In this document: piece after piece, positions 36,634-46,818 of the stretch
How positions within the stretch are numbered: the first letter of the stretch is position 1
Layout: each line of letters begins with the position of its first letter
From: a virus
Taxonomy: Duplodnaviria > Caudoviricetes
DNA: 64,000 nucleotides
IMG/VR virus record: IMGVR_UViG_3300038673_000220
Coordinates: 64,001-128,000 of that record
Direction: 5' to 3' (one strand)
Program-made: the position numbers and the translations under genes
Notes under the pieces: model-generated
Seen by the model: only the letters and a program-made list of their open reading frames with translations
Told to the model about the DNA's origin: nothing
Databases searched by the model: none

Positions 36634-38574
36634 ATGAATTCTGTTACTATAGAGCAAGGATCAACAGCTATCTATTTATACTGTTTAGCGTCTGGTCGTC
36701 TTGCCGAAAACCCATCTGTTTCTATCTTTAGATTCCTCCAACAACATCTCACCGAATACGAATTCGATCCAAGAACAAAAACAAGTCATGCTAAGTATTT
36801 CTATTATCGATACGATAAAGAAAATGGTATCCTTTATTTACCTGTTAACATCATCCATCAACTTGAACAATACTTTAAACTCAACCTTATTGAATACAAG
36901 ATCATAAAACTTCCACCAATCAATGGTAAGATAATAGCTATTAATAAAGTTTCAAAATTTATCGATAGAGATTATCAGGTTGATTCAATCCAGTTCTTGG
37001 CACAACCAGGTATGCGAGCTCTCGAATTGCAAACAGGTTGTATATGTGGTCAATCGAAGATTTTTTTCTCAGATGGAAATAAAACTCGAGAACTTTTGTT
37101 AGAAGAAGCGTATAACATAACAACTGAACGAAAAAGAAATAAGTACGCCGGATGGTTCAAATTCATACCATGTAAAGTTCAGTCGTTTGATGGGAGAAAT
37201 ATCTTTTATCATGATATCGAAGATATTGTGTATAGTGGTGTAAAATTCGTCATACGTGTTACATTTGATAATAATACCTACATCGACACAACGTTCGATC
37301 ACCTACTTATGACTGAATTAGGTTGGATCGATGCTGAATTAACGTATGCTCAGATGGTTGTTGGAACAAATCCAAGAAATCCTATCATGACCTTTTACAA
37401 ACAGGTTAAAGATATTCGAGCTATTGGATTACGACCAACTTACGACATCATCTGTAAAGATCCTCACAGAAACTTCGTTGCCAATGGTACAGTTGTTCAT
37501 AATTCAGGTAAGACTTACATAGCTATTCGAGCATTAACTGAATTGAATAAGCGTGGTATCATTATAGTTCCAGCCTCGTTAATGACGCAGTGGATTGATT
37601 CTTTATCTTCGATGTGTGATGCAAAGATTGGTGTCATTCGTGGAAGTAATTCGATTTACAATATTATTAATAAAAATTTTGATGTCGATGTTGATATCTT
37701 TGTAGCCTCGATCAGTACGATCAAAGAATATGCTATGGGATCATCTTCATTCGATGTCTTACCACCGATGCCAGTATTCATTAACGAACTTCAAATAGGG
37801 GTTAAGATCATAGATGAATGCCATCTGAATTTCAATGCAAATACAATAACAGATATAATGTGTGGTAATATTGAACATAATATCTATTTGTCAGCAACTT
37901 ATATTCGGAGTAGTCATTCGAGTAATATGATCTTTAAGAAGATCTTTCCAGATGAAATAAAATACGACGGTGGTGTTGATTATAGTCGTTATGTCAATAT
38001 CACTGAAGTTGGATATTCTTTTGGTGACATCGATGATCGACACGTCTGCTCCAAACGTGGGTATTCTCAATTCAAATATGAGAAATACTTGATGAAGAGG
38101 CCTCAGAAGATAGGAGCTTTTCTGGACAAAGTACTGAAAAGATCTGTTGATGAGCATTATGTCACAGTAAAAGAACCAGGTGAAAAACTCTTAATCATTG
38201 TTGGTTTGAATAGCTTTGCAAATGTACTTGTTGATTGGTTCCAATCTGAATATCCTAATTTTAATACTATTGGATATTTTTACGAAACTGACGATGAAGT
38301 GTTGAATCACGCTGATGTTATAATAAGTACAACTGGTTCATGTGGTACTGGTAAAGATATCGGTGGTCTAAGATCAATGATCCTTTTCATATCATTTAAT
38401 GCTGAATCAACAACACTACAAACCATTGGACGTCTTCGTAAAATGAAGAACACTCCAGAATTTGTCTATTTAGTTAATAGAGGTATCAGATCGCATCAGC
38501 GTCATGCGTATCAACGACGTAAGATCTATAAAACCATAGGTAAATCTTTTAACTATTTAGACTACATAGGATAA
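36634..38574 (+). CDS. SF2 DExH helicase (phiKZ gp75-like) with an intein
   Basis: spliced Walker A LQTG|SGKT; DECH, LSAT, GTGKDI and QTIGRLR motifs. Confidence 0.93.
   Translation: MNSVTIEQGSTAIYLYCLASGRLAENPSVSIFRFLQQHLTEYEFDPRTKTSHAKYFYYRYDKENGILYLPVNIIHQLEQYFKLNLIEYKIIKLPPINGKIIAINKVSKFIDRDYQVDSIQFLAQPGMRALELQTGCICGQSKIFFSDGNKTRELLLEEAYNITTERKRNKYAGWFKFIPCKVQSFDGRNIFYHDIEDIVYSGVKFVIRVTFDNNTYIDTTFDHLLMTELGWIDAELTYAQMVVGTNPRNPIMTFYKQVKDIRAIGLRPTYDIICKDPHRNFVANGTVVHNSGKTYIAIRALTELNKRGIIIVPASLMTQWIDSLSSMCDAKIGVIRGSNSIYNIINKNFDVDVDIFVASISTIKEYAMGSSSFDVLPPMPVFINELQIGVKIIDECHLNFNANTITDIMCGNIEHNIYLSATYIRSSHSSNMIFKKIFPDEIKYDGGVDYSRYVNITEVGYSFGDIDDRHVCSKRGYSQFKYEKYLMKRPQKIGAFLDKVLKRSVDEHYVTVKEPGEKLLIIVGLNSFANVLVDWFQSEYPNFNTIGYFYETDDEVLNHADVIISTTGSCGTGKDIGGLRSMILFISFNAESTTLQTIGRLRKMKNTPEFVYLVNRGIRSHQRHAYQRRKIYKTIGKSFNYLDYIG
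37039..37503 (+). mobile_element. mini-intein (155 aa, no endonuclease)
   Basis: starts with C (CICGQS); block B TFDHLLMT; ends TYDI...NFVANGTVVHN followed by Ser; inserted in the P-loop. Confidence 0.95.
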
Positions 38575-38578
38575 AATC

Positions 38579-39106
38579 ATGGACGACTTTGATGAAAGCT
38601 ATTGGATGATAGAAACGATCCGTGGAAGCGATAAAGAAAAACGAGTTATTCGTTATTCTCTTATCCAAAAGGATATTGATAAAAACGCTTACAATAGTGA
38701 ACTTTATGTACCTATTGTTTTAGCTCCATTGAATAAGCTTTGTGTCTTTGTTATAAGTGCCTTTTACAAAGATACGAAGCTCTGTTTATGTTTACACGAT
38801 CTCCGTGTCGTCAATGATGAAATCGTAAGCAGTTTTAATTTTCTTCTGAGAGGAAATGATTATCAGATAAAACGGTTTAAGAATGAGATGAATCGGTCAT
38901 GTGATGATAGACGATGTATTGGATTAAGTTTCCTCTTTAGGAAATTATTCAATTGCGGATTCCACACGATCTATGCTGAAAAAATCCTTAGGCCAAAAAC
39001 CAACTCTTCATTAAAAGCCGCTGTTAAGATCGTACAAGCTGTTAATGAATCACCGGATGAATACAGTAAGTTGATTTCATCCATAGGAGAAAAAGATGGA
39101 GATTGA
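38579..39106 (+). CDS. hypothetical protein
   Basis: 175-aa ORF with AGGA RBS. Confidence 0.7.
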   Translation: MDDFDESYWMIETIRGSDKEKRVIRYSLIQKDIDKNAYNSELYVPIVLAPLNKLCVFVISAFYKDTKLCLCLHDLRVVNDEIVSSFNFLLRGNDYQIKRFKNEMNRSCDDRRCIGLSFLFRKLFNCGFHTIYAEKILRPKTNSSLKAAVKIVQAVNESPDEYSKLISSIGEKDGD

Positions 39107-39269
39107 CATCGATGAAAGGATACGCTTTATTAATTGTTCAATAGAAGATCCTCGAGGTATTATTTGTATTGACTTTAAATCAACTAAGCGTTATATTGAA
39201 TGGGATAGTGTCCATAAGACAGTTTATGAAGCTATCCATGAAGCAAACAAATTACTCAATGAGCTGTAA
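39096..39269 (+). CDS. small hypothetical protein (57 aa, not in ORF track)
   Basis: AGGAG RBS; MEIDIDERIRF...LLNEL*. Confidence 0.6.
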   Translation: MEIDIDERIRFINCSIEDPRGIICIDFKSTKRYIEWDSVHKTVYEAIHEANKLLNEL

Positions 39270-39374
39270 AATATATGATCCTCATCCCTACGCGTTTGTA
39301 GGGATGAGGTCAAAACCATATTATGAAAAATACGACCAATTATTTGAATTAAAGATGAAAAGGAGGCTAATTCT

Positions 39375-39740
39375 TTGCAGACCGAAGAGCTTTTAGTCAA
39401 AGTGATCTTTAATAATCAACTGGCATTTTGTGGTATCTTCGGAGCTCTAGGTGGTGTAGTTCATGTCTTAGATATTAGAACAAAGTTGACTGTTTTCACG
39501 TTAGTTAGTAAGATAATCGTATCCTCATTAGCTGGGATTTTATTATTTTTTGCAACGTATGATATCAGTCAATTTTCTCCATCTCTTCGAATAACTGCTG
39601 CGATTGTTACTGGATTTTATGGATCATCGCTGTTTCGTTATTTGTCACGATTTTATCTAAAGCAAATCTTAAATGCAGAAGGCGAAAAAGTAGTCAGTGA
39701 ACTTGAAAAAAATGATACGGAGAATCCGACCGATGAATAA
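39375..39740 (+). CDS. holin-like membrane protein
   Basis: AGGAGG RBS with TTG start; three hydrophobic segments with GALGG, SSLAG and GFYG; charged C-terminus. Confidence 0.65.
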   Translation: MQTEELLVKVIFNNQLAFCGIFGALGGVVHVLDIRTKLTVFTLVSKIIVSSLAGILLFFATYDISQFSPSLRITAAIVTGFYGSSLFRYLSRFYLKQILNAEGEKVVSELEKNDTENPTDE

Positions 39741-40512
39741 AGATAACTCGTTGTATCAAAAGACTGTTATTTTTTTATTAAAGCATTCGAATATTATAGC
39801 TGTAATAATGATGGTAACAGCCTTGTTTGTGTGTTTCTCAGAAAATATTTGGTACTTCGTTTTATGTTTAGTCATGTCGTCGATTTATTTAACTGTATTA
39901 ACAGCTCAATATATTCAATCTGATAGTGAGTCTGATTACGGATGTTCGTTACAATACGGTTGTCAGATAGCCTCCTTTAATAGTAGGATATCTATTTTAT
40001 CCAATGTGACGATTGCTTTCTTTGGTATAGTTTTTTCTATTTTAACATCGTATTATTTAATAATACCACCATCTGACAACATTGATGACAAGTATTTTGA
40101 TTTAAACAATAACTCATTTATCATAGGTTGTTTTAAGTTGATGTTCATTTACATCATATCTGATAAAATCCATTCTCTTCAACTTCTTTTATCCATATTG
40201 ATTCGTTCATCACAAACTGTACGAACATTAAATATCGATAATAATGATGAAAAATGTCGTTATCCTATCATATTCGTAGATGATAAGAAAATATCTTCAT
40301 TAAGATATTACGTTACAGGTTATAAAAATAAAGTAGCTGTCTTTTTTGATCCACCTCTATCTGTTAACAATACTTCAGACATAAAGTACACCTTTATACC
40401 TGAGGATGAAAATCATATCATCAATGATCAACCGCCATACAATTTAGAAGATATATCTAATTGTCCAACCCGATGCAAATCGTCTTGCAACATCAATATA
40501 AACAATCAATAA
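39733..40512 (+). CDS. multi-pass membrane protein, possibly lysis-associated
   Basis: four hydrophobic segments; overlaps the holin-like gene. Confidence 0.55.
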   Translation: MNKDNSLYQKTVIFLLKHSNIIAVIMMVTALFVCFSENIWYFVLCLVMSSIYLTVLTAQYIQSDSESDYGCSLQYGCQIASFNSRISILSNVTIAFFGIVFSILTSYYLIIPPSDNIDDKYFDLNNNSFIIGCFKLMFIYIISDKIHSLQLLLSILIRSSQTVRTLNIDNNDEKCRYPIIFVDDKKISSLRYYVTGYKNKVAVFFDPPLSVNNTSDIKYTFIPEDENHIINDQPPYNLEDISNCPTRCKSSCNININNQ

Positions 40513-40555
40513 TGGTGCATCTATCATGATACATTTTTTAAAAGGAGGAGTTTAA

Positions 40556-42247
40556 ATGTCCGAAACTATCCTCTTTACGACGGATCGTCCAGACTTCTAT
40601 TTGTTAGAGCAGATCTATGATAGTGTTACTAATCCTTCAGGAACTATCATTCCGAGACCTGGTTCTCTAGTTCTAGATCCAGTTAATCAAGGTGTTCTCA
40701 AAAGAGTTCTCTCAGTTAACGAATCAACTCACAATTCAATATTGGGGCCTGTCGTCACACAGCTCATTCAAGCTCCTATTGAAGATCAAGATGAAGGTGA
40801 TACGAATATCACATCGATCATAGATTATGGAAATAGTTTATTTTACCTTTTCTATGACACAGCTGAAACTCCTACGAAGTTGAATATCGATAAAAAGGTT
40901 ATCATCTTAGGAGATGATGCAGCTTTTTATGAATTAACCCGATACGACACAACGATCAATCAATACGTACCGATATCGTTGTATTACGATACGGCTGGTA
41001 ATTACAATGGTACTAAGGTTCCTTTGGCTGTTATAGCTACTGGTATCAACAACGCTAAGGTCCCAACTAACTGTCATACAAGTTATGCTATTGAAGAAGG
41101 TGTTATTTATCATCTTAATATTTATGACTACGCTGGAACTCAATGTGGGTCAGTTAAGTTGATGGGTAAAAAAGCTTTGATCAATAACGTTTTGGATGAT
41201 AATCTTATCATCACAGACTTTATCGTCGAAGCTACTCAACAGGAAGACAATGGTGATTTCTACCTATTTCCAGATCAAGATCCGTTGTCATTAGTTTTAA
41301 CACCAAGATTGGTTTACAACAATGGGACGACTAAAGCAGTTGCTATTGATGACGATATTTGTCATCTTTATGGGTTTGAAGGATTTACAGCAGCTTACCC
41401 TGGACAAGAAGTTGAAATCCTGGTTAAGTACTTTCTTGCTCCATCACAACAAGCTATCACTGATGCACTGATATCAACAGCGAATTCGAGAAGTTTGGTT
41501 AAGGTCAAAACGGTTAAGGTCAAAGATCCTGGAACAAATGAATACAATGTAAAGATCCTTACTGTTCCGATCTATATTCAATCGACGAATCGTTGGGTTT
41601 TAACCTTCTTCTTGTATTCTTTAGGAGAAAACGTTGTTCGGAATATCACACCGAATGTTACAGTATCTCCAGTTTTTGATGGTTTGTTGATGGGTGTTGA
41701 TCAACCTCTATTATTGACATTACGGATACGTGATATTTTTCTTGATGCTGAATCTGATTTCATTTATCAACAACCAGTTGTTATTCGAATAGCTCCATAT
41801 TCGTATTATGAACGATATATCATTCGTGATAGCGTTGGTGATACATATGGTATTTATGGTGTAGAATCACCTATCCTATCACGTCCTGTTTTGTATTTCG
41901 ACGAAAGTGTTAATTTTTATTTTATACCGACCTCGAAATTCAGTACAAAAGAACTCTTTTTAGAAGCATTCTATTATAAATCAAGACCACTTTATGATAG
42001 TGGATCGTTATCAGAACCTGTTCAACCAACGCATTTCACGATACGCAATGTCACAAACGGTATGCTGTTATTAAGTGAACCTATATCAGTTAACGATTTT
42101 GGTACAGGTTTCAGTATCATTAACGTTGATACATTGAATGCTCTGGTTGGGAATAATTGCATCGTAGAATTTTTACGATATGAACAAAGTCAATACAACA
42201 TTCTATTTGGTGTTCCTGTAGATGTTTATACTGGAACCTATGCTTAA
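40556..42247 (+). CDS. virion structural/baseplate protein
   Basis: 563 aa; AAGGAGG RBS; precedes the fibre genes; PTHF motif seen in phiKZ-like baseplate proteins. Confidence 0.6.
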   Translation: MSETILFTTDRPDFYLLEQIYDSVTNPSGTIIPRPGSLVLDPVNQGVLKRVLSVNESTHNSILGPVVTQLIQAPIEDQDEGDTNITSIIDYGNSLFYLFYDTAETPTKLNIDKKVIILGDDAAFYELTRYDTTINQYVPISLYYDTAGNYNGTKVPLAVIATGINNAKVPTNCHTSYAIEEGVIYHLNIYDYAGTQCGSVKLMGKKALINNVLDDNLIITDFIVEATQQEDNGDFYLFPDQDPLSLVLTPRLVYNNGTTKAVAIDDDICHLYGFEGFTAAYPGQEVEILVKYFLAPSQQAITDALISTANSRSLVKVKTVKVKDPGTNEYNVKILTVPIYIQSTNRWVLTFFLYSLGENVVRNITPNVTVSPVFDGLLMGVDQPLLLTLRIRDIFLDAESDFIYQQPVVIRIAPYSYYERYIIRDSVGDTYGIYGVESPILSRPVLYFDESVNFYFIPTSKFSTKELFLEAFYYKSRPLYDSGSLSEPVQPTHFTIRNVTNGMLLLSEPISVNDFGTGFSIINVDTLNALVGNNCIVEFLRYEQSQYNILFGVPVDVYTGTYA

Positions 42248-42267
42248 TATAAGGAGATTAAAAGAAA

Positions 42268-42432
42268 ATGGAAGGATCGACATTTAAGAAGTTAGAAAAA
42301 CTTAACAACTATGCGGTCGTTACTGCAGTTGTTACGAATGCGATAACTGCGATGGGACGTTTCAAAAGCATTCCTCGTTCAACAATTATCAGTGATGTTT
42401 ATTCGAAGATCAAACAACGAGCTTCTAAATAA
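42268..42432 (+). CDS. small basic hypothetical protein (54 aa, not in ORF track)
   Basis: AAGGAG RBS; MEGSTFKK...RASK*. Confidence 0.6.
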   Translation: MEGSTFKKLEKLNNYAVVTAVVTNAITAMGRFKSIPRSTIISDVYSKIKQRASK

Positions 42433-42457
42433 AGAAGAATAGGAGAAACAAAATACC

Positions 42458-44566
42458 ATGAGTGCTACATTCGACTTAGCTGAAGCTATTGTCCAATTTA
42501 CTTCATGTACTGAAACGAATTGGGATAATTTTAATTTACCTATTCCTCAAAATGTAGTTATCGTTACTGCTGATACGAAGAAGTTTAAACGTGGGGATGG
42601 TATTCATCTGTATGTTGACTTACCTGATGGACCAACGATTGCAGGTATCGCTGAAGGTGAAGGGTCACTGATCAACGTATTAGTTCAGTTGAACGCTTTT
42701 GACGAAGATGATATCATCATCATCGATAATGAAATGTATTCTGCGAGTGGTACGAAACTGACTGATTTAATCAATCGTATCAATGCTATTGAAAACAAAG
42801 ATGCTATCCAAGATGCGAATCTTTTATCCATCGCACAACAATTCAATATGTTGGATACAACTGTTGATAACACTGATGACGGTAAACTTGGTATAATTCT
42901 GAATGGTAAAATAGCTCCAGGTCCATATCCTGAAGATATTGTCGTACCGACAGAACCAGTTCCAATCCATATCGTAGATTTTAATATTTATGAAGATGAA
43001 AAACTATCTTCAGTAGCTACTGAGTTGTTTGGAGGTTTGTCGTATTACGTATTCATCAATCCAAGTCATGATGAAGCTGATATTGACAATCTCACCTATG
43101 GAGTGACCACAACTTCAAATGATATTACTGCAACTCAGATCGAACGTGGGTTGTTTAAAATCGATGTTGGACAAGTCACTTTTGATCATTCTGCAACATT
43201 TACAGCAACTTTATCTTACAATACTGACACTGTTAGTATTGATAAAAGCATTGATGTCAGTCGAAGTCAGGGTGTATTCATCGCTCTTTATGGTGGAACT
43301 AGTGTAGACACTTTTAACACTGTAGCTATTGATTCTTCCAATAATATCTATGCTGCCGGATATACATCATCTGAAGGATCTGGTGGTAATGATACACTTA
43401 TCGTTAAGTTTGATAGTTCTTTGAATAAGCTTGCTGGTAAAGTTTACGGAGGAAGCGGTATTGATCAATTTTTGAGTATGACTATCGATTCTTCTGACAG
43501 TGTTTATGTTGTTGGATATACAATGTCTGAAGGAGTTGCTGGCGATGCTCTTATCGTCAAGTTTGATAGTGATTTGACCATTTTGGTTCGTAAGCGTTAT
43601 GGTGGAAGTTATATTGAGCAATTCCTTGACATAACGATTGATTCCTCGGATAACATTTATGTTGTTGGATATACCAATTCTGAAGGTGTTGGTTCAACTA
43701 CTTATTCGAGTTCACTTATTATCAAGTTTGATACGAATTTAGATATAATAGCTCGTAAGACATACAGTGGAGCTAGTACTGATGTCTTTCGAGGTGTAGC
43801 TGTTGATTCCTTAGGTAATATTTATGCAGTAGGAAATACTTCATCGGAAGGTACTGGTGGTGATGCCTTTATCATCAAGTTTGACAGCTCTCTGAATAAG
43901 CTTGCTGGTAAACGTTATGGTGGAACTACAGGTGATGTTTTTTATAAAATCACTATTGATTCATCAAATAATATCTATGTCGTTGGCAATACCAAATCTG
44001 AAGGTGTTGGTTCAACTACTTATTTGAGTTCACTTATTATCAAGTTTGACAGCTCTCTGAATAAGCTTGCTGGTAAGAGTTATAGTGGATCAGGTAATGA
44101 TTTCTTTTACAATATAACAACTGATTCTTCTGATAATGTTTACGTTGTAGGTCGAACTTATTCTGAAGGAACAAATATTGGTATCAACGGTTTCTTCATT
44201 AAATTCGATAGTTCATTAAATAAACTCGCTGGTAGAGTTCTTGATGGTACTGATGGTGATGAGTTTTATGATATCACTACCGATTCTTATGATAACATTT
44301 ATACAGTAGGTTATACTACATCTGAAGGATTAGGATCAGGTGACGCTTTCATCATGAGAACTGGTACAGATATACAATCTGGAACTTTTACAAGTTCAAC
44401 TCTTTCCAATTTATCTTTCATTGATAGTAATCTTACATTAGCTGATAGTGCTTTAACTTTAGCTGATAGTGGGTTAACGGTGGGTTCAAGTATACTTACG
44501 TTGAATACAAGTAATCTTACATCAGCTGATAGTAACTTAACACTTGAAAAAGCTACTTTCATTTAA
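42458..44566 (+). CDS. tail fibre/receptor-binding protein with SBBP-like beta-propeller (paralog 1)
   Basis: N-terminal W...P......DT.KFK.GDG fibre-anchor motif; seven repeats of YGG..D.F..(V/I).IDSS.N(I/V)Y(V/A)VG.T.SEG; C-terminal LTLADS heptads. Confidence 0.8.
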   Translation: MSATFDLAEAIVQFTSCTETNWDNFNLPIPQNVVIVTADTKKFKRGDGIHLYVDLPDGPTIAGIAEGEGSLINVLVQLNAFDEDDIIIIDNEMYSASGTKLTDLINRINAIENKDAIQDANLLSIAQQFNMLDTTVDNTDDGKLGIILNGKIAPGPYPEDIVVPTEPVPIHIVDFNIYEDEKLSSVATELFGGLSYYVFINPSHDEADIDNLTYGVTTTSNDITATQIERGLFKIDVGQVTFDHSATFTATLSYNTDTVSIDKSIDVSRSQGVFIALYGGTSVDTFNTVAIDSSNNIYAAGYTSSEGSGGNDTLIVKFDSSLNKLAGKVYGGSGIDQFLSMTIDSSDSVYVVGYTMSEGVAGDALIVKFDSDLTILVRKRYGGSYIEQFLDITIDSSDNIYVVGYTNSEGVGSTTYSSSLIIKFDTNLDIIARKTYSGASTDVFRGVAVDSLGNIYAVGNTSSEGTGGDAFIIKFDSSLNKLAGKRYGGTTGDVFYKITIDSSNNIYVVGNTKSEGVGSTTYLSSLIIKFDSSLNKLAGKSYSGSGNDFFYNITTDSSDNVYVVGRTYSEGTNIGINGFFIKFDSSLNKLAGRVLDGTDGDEFYDITTDSYDNIYTVGYTTSEGLGSGDAFIMRTGTDIQSGTFTSSTLSNLSFIDSNLTLADSALTLADSGLTVGSSILTLNTSNLTSADSNLTLEKATFI

Positions 44567-44603
44567 TCAAAACAAATCACATATATCCGGAGAATAATCA
44601 ACA

Positions 44604-46688
44604 ATGAGCACAAATTTCGATTTAGCTGAAGCTACTATCAACTTCACTGCAGGAACTGAATCAACTTGGAATGCTTTCGTTCTTCCAATCCCTGAGAATG
44701 TTGTTGTTTATACAGTTGACACTAAGAAGTTCAAGAAAGGTGATGGTAATCATCGCTACAGTGAGCTTCCAGAAGGGCCAAGTATTGAAGGTATCGCTTC
44801 TGGCGAATCCAATGTCGTTAACGTTCTTGAATTACTTGAGATCGGTGATGATGGTTCGATCATCGTTATTGAGAATGAGACGTACGTCGCAAGTGATACT
44901 AAACTGAATGATCTCATCGATCGTTTGACAGCCATTGCTAATACAAATACTGTTCAGACAGCTAATATGGATGCAATCACGAATCAGTTCACTCTAATCA
45001 ATCAGAACGTTACTGGAGCTGATGATGGTAAACTGGCCATCGTAACAAGTCATCAGATGAAACCTGGTGTGTTAGGAGAATCTTTAGTTGTAGCTGCACC
45101 TGTCAATCCAGTAAATATCAAAAGTATCGGTTTTTACAGTGATCAGAAATGTACAATACCAATCACAGATATCGACTATAATTCGGTATGTTACTGTAAG
45201 GTTAATGCCCAACACGATGTAGCTGATGTTGATGATTTAAGTTACACTTTAACTGAAACGAATGATCTTATTACATCAACACATATCGATCGTGGCTTAT
45301 TCGAGGTCACTGTTGGTCAAATCAATGTTGGCGGACCTGTAACGTTTACAGCGACTGTAACTTACAATACTGATAGTACTAGTGTTACTAAAGATCTTAC
45401 TATCAACCAATACGTCGGAATCATCGTAGCTACTTATGGAGGAGCAAATAGTGATAAATTCTCAGCTATCGCGGCTGACTCCTCCGGTAATCTTTATGCT
45501 GTAGGTGATACCAAGTCTGAAGGATCTGGTAATAATGATGCTCTGATTGTCAAATTCAACAGCTCCTTAAGTATTCTTGCTCGTAAGATCTACGGTGGAT
45601 CTAACCATGACTTTTTTAGTGCCGTAGCTATTGATTCTTCTGGCAATATCTTTGTTGCAGGATATACCGAAGGAACTGCTCAGGATTGTATCGTTATCAA
45701 GTTCGACAGCTCATTGAATAAGCTTGCTGGTAAACGTTATGGTGGAGCTAGTACAGAATATTTTTATGGTATTAATGTCGATTCTTCTGGGAATGTGTAT
45801 GCTGTAGGGTTTACTAGTTCTGAAGGATCTGGTAATAATGATGCTCTTATTATTAAATTCGATAGCTCGTTGAATAAACTTGCTGGTAAACGGTATGGTG
45901 GAACTGGTGGTGATTATTTCAATGGAGTTACTATAGACACTTCTGGGAATGTGTATGCTGTAGGATATACAGCTTCTGAAGGATCTGGTAGTCATGACGC
46001 ATTGATTATCAAGTTCGACAGCTCATTGAATAAGCTTGCTGGTAAACGATATGGTGGAACTGCAAGTGATGTTTTTTATAAAATCACTATTGATTCATCA
46101 AATAATATCTATGTCGTTGGCAATACCTCATCCGAAGGATCTGGTAATTATGACGCATTGATTATCAAATTCGATAGTAATCTGAACAAGCTTGCTGGTA
46201 AACGATATGGTGGAAGTGGTATTGATTATTTTTATGATGTTGTTATAGATGGTTCTGGGAATATCTATGCTGTTGGGAGCACTACATCCGAGAGTGTAGG
46301 TGATGAGGCTCTAATCGTCAAGTTTGATAATAATCTAAATATTTTATATCGCAAACGATGTGGTGGATCATCTACTGATATTTTTGTAGGTGTTGCGATT
46401 AACACATTTGGTAATGCTTATGCTGTGGGATTTACCGGTTCTGAAGGTATCGGTGGGGGTAGTGATTGTATCATTGCTAAATTTATACCTAATGTACCAT
46501 CCGGATCTTCAACAGGAACTATCCTTACAGCTATTAATATTTCTGATAGTAATTTAACTTTAGCTAACAGTGCTCTTACATTAGCTGACAGTGCTCTTAC
46601 ATTAGCTGACAGTGCTCTTACATTAGCTAACAGTACTTTGGCTTTAGCTAACAGTACTCTCACTCTTGAGAAAGATACTTTCTATTAA
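44604..46688 (+). CDS. tail fibre/receptor-binding protein with SBBP-like beta-propeller (paralog 2)
   Basis: same architecture as 42458-44566. Confidence 0.8.
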   Translation: MSTNFDLAEATINFTAGTESTWNAFVLPIPENVVVYTVDTKKFKKGDGNHRYSELPEGPSIEGIASGESNVVNVLELLEIGDDGSIIVIENETYVASDTKLNDLIDRLTAIANTNTVQTANMDAITNQFTLINQNVTGADDGKLAIVTSHQMKPGVLGESLVVAAPVNPVNIKSIGFYSDQKCTIPITDIDYNSVCYCKVNAQHDVADVDDLSYTLTETNDLITSTHIDRGLFEVTVGQINVGGPVTFTATVTYNTDSTSVTKDLTINQYVGIIVATYGGANSDKFSAIAADSSGNLYAVGDTKSEGSGNNDALIVKFNSSLSILARKIYGGSNHDFFSAVAIDSSGNIFVAGYTEGTAQDCIVIKFDSSLNKLAGKRYGGASTEYFYGINVDSSGNVYAVGFTSSEGSGNNDALIIKFDSSLNKLAGKRYGGTGGDYFNGVTIDTSGNVYAVGYTASEGSGSHDALIIKFDSSLNKLAGKRYGGTASDVFYKITIDSSNNIYVVGNTSSEGSGNYDALIIKFDSNLNKLAGKRYGGSGIDYFYDVVIDGSGNIYAVGSTTSESVGDEALIVKFDNNLNILYRKRCGGSSTDIFVGVAINTFGNAYAVGFTGSEGIGGGSDCIIAKFIPNVPSGSSTGTILTAINISDSNLTLANSALTLADSALTLADSALTLANSTLALANSTLTLEKDTFY
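46545..46665 (+). repeat. 21-nt coding tandem repeat (D/N-S-A-L-T-L-A)
   Basis: acagtgctcttacattagct(g/a) repeated. Confidence 0.9.
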
Positions 46689-46696
46689 TGAATAAT

Positions 46697-46748
46697 CATC
46701 AACAGCTCAGGATTGACCTGAGCTGTTGATGCACTTTTATTATTTTTT
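46697..46748 (+). terminator. intrinsic terminator
   Basis: catcaacagctcagg/cctgagctgttgatg plus T-rich tract. Confidence 0.9.
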
Positions 46749-46750
46749 AT

Positions 46751-46768
46751 TTATATATAATATATATG
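46751..46768 (+). promoter_or_regulatory. early-type promoter (variant)
   Basis: TTATATATAAT-ATATAT-G upstream of a monocistronic small gene. Confidence 0.55.
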
Positions 46769-46818
46769 AAGAGCTATTAATAATAAGATTAAACTTATCT
46801 GATAAAGGAGAATAAACT

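Noticed and set aside
39169-39396. 75-aa TTG ORF
   Set aside because: No RBS; overlaps the better-supported ORF 39096-39269
43270-46480. Diversity-generating retroelement acting on the fibre genes
   Set aside because: No reverse transcriptase in the window and no non-coding template repeat with adenine-specific differences; the shared block is identical and coding in both genes
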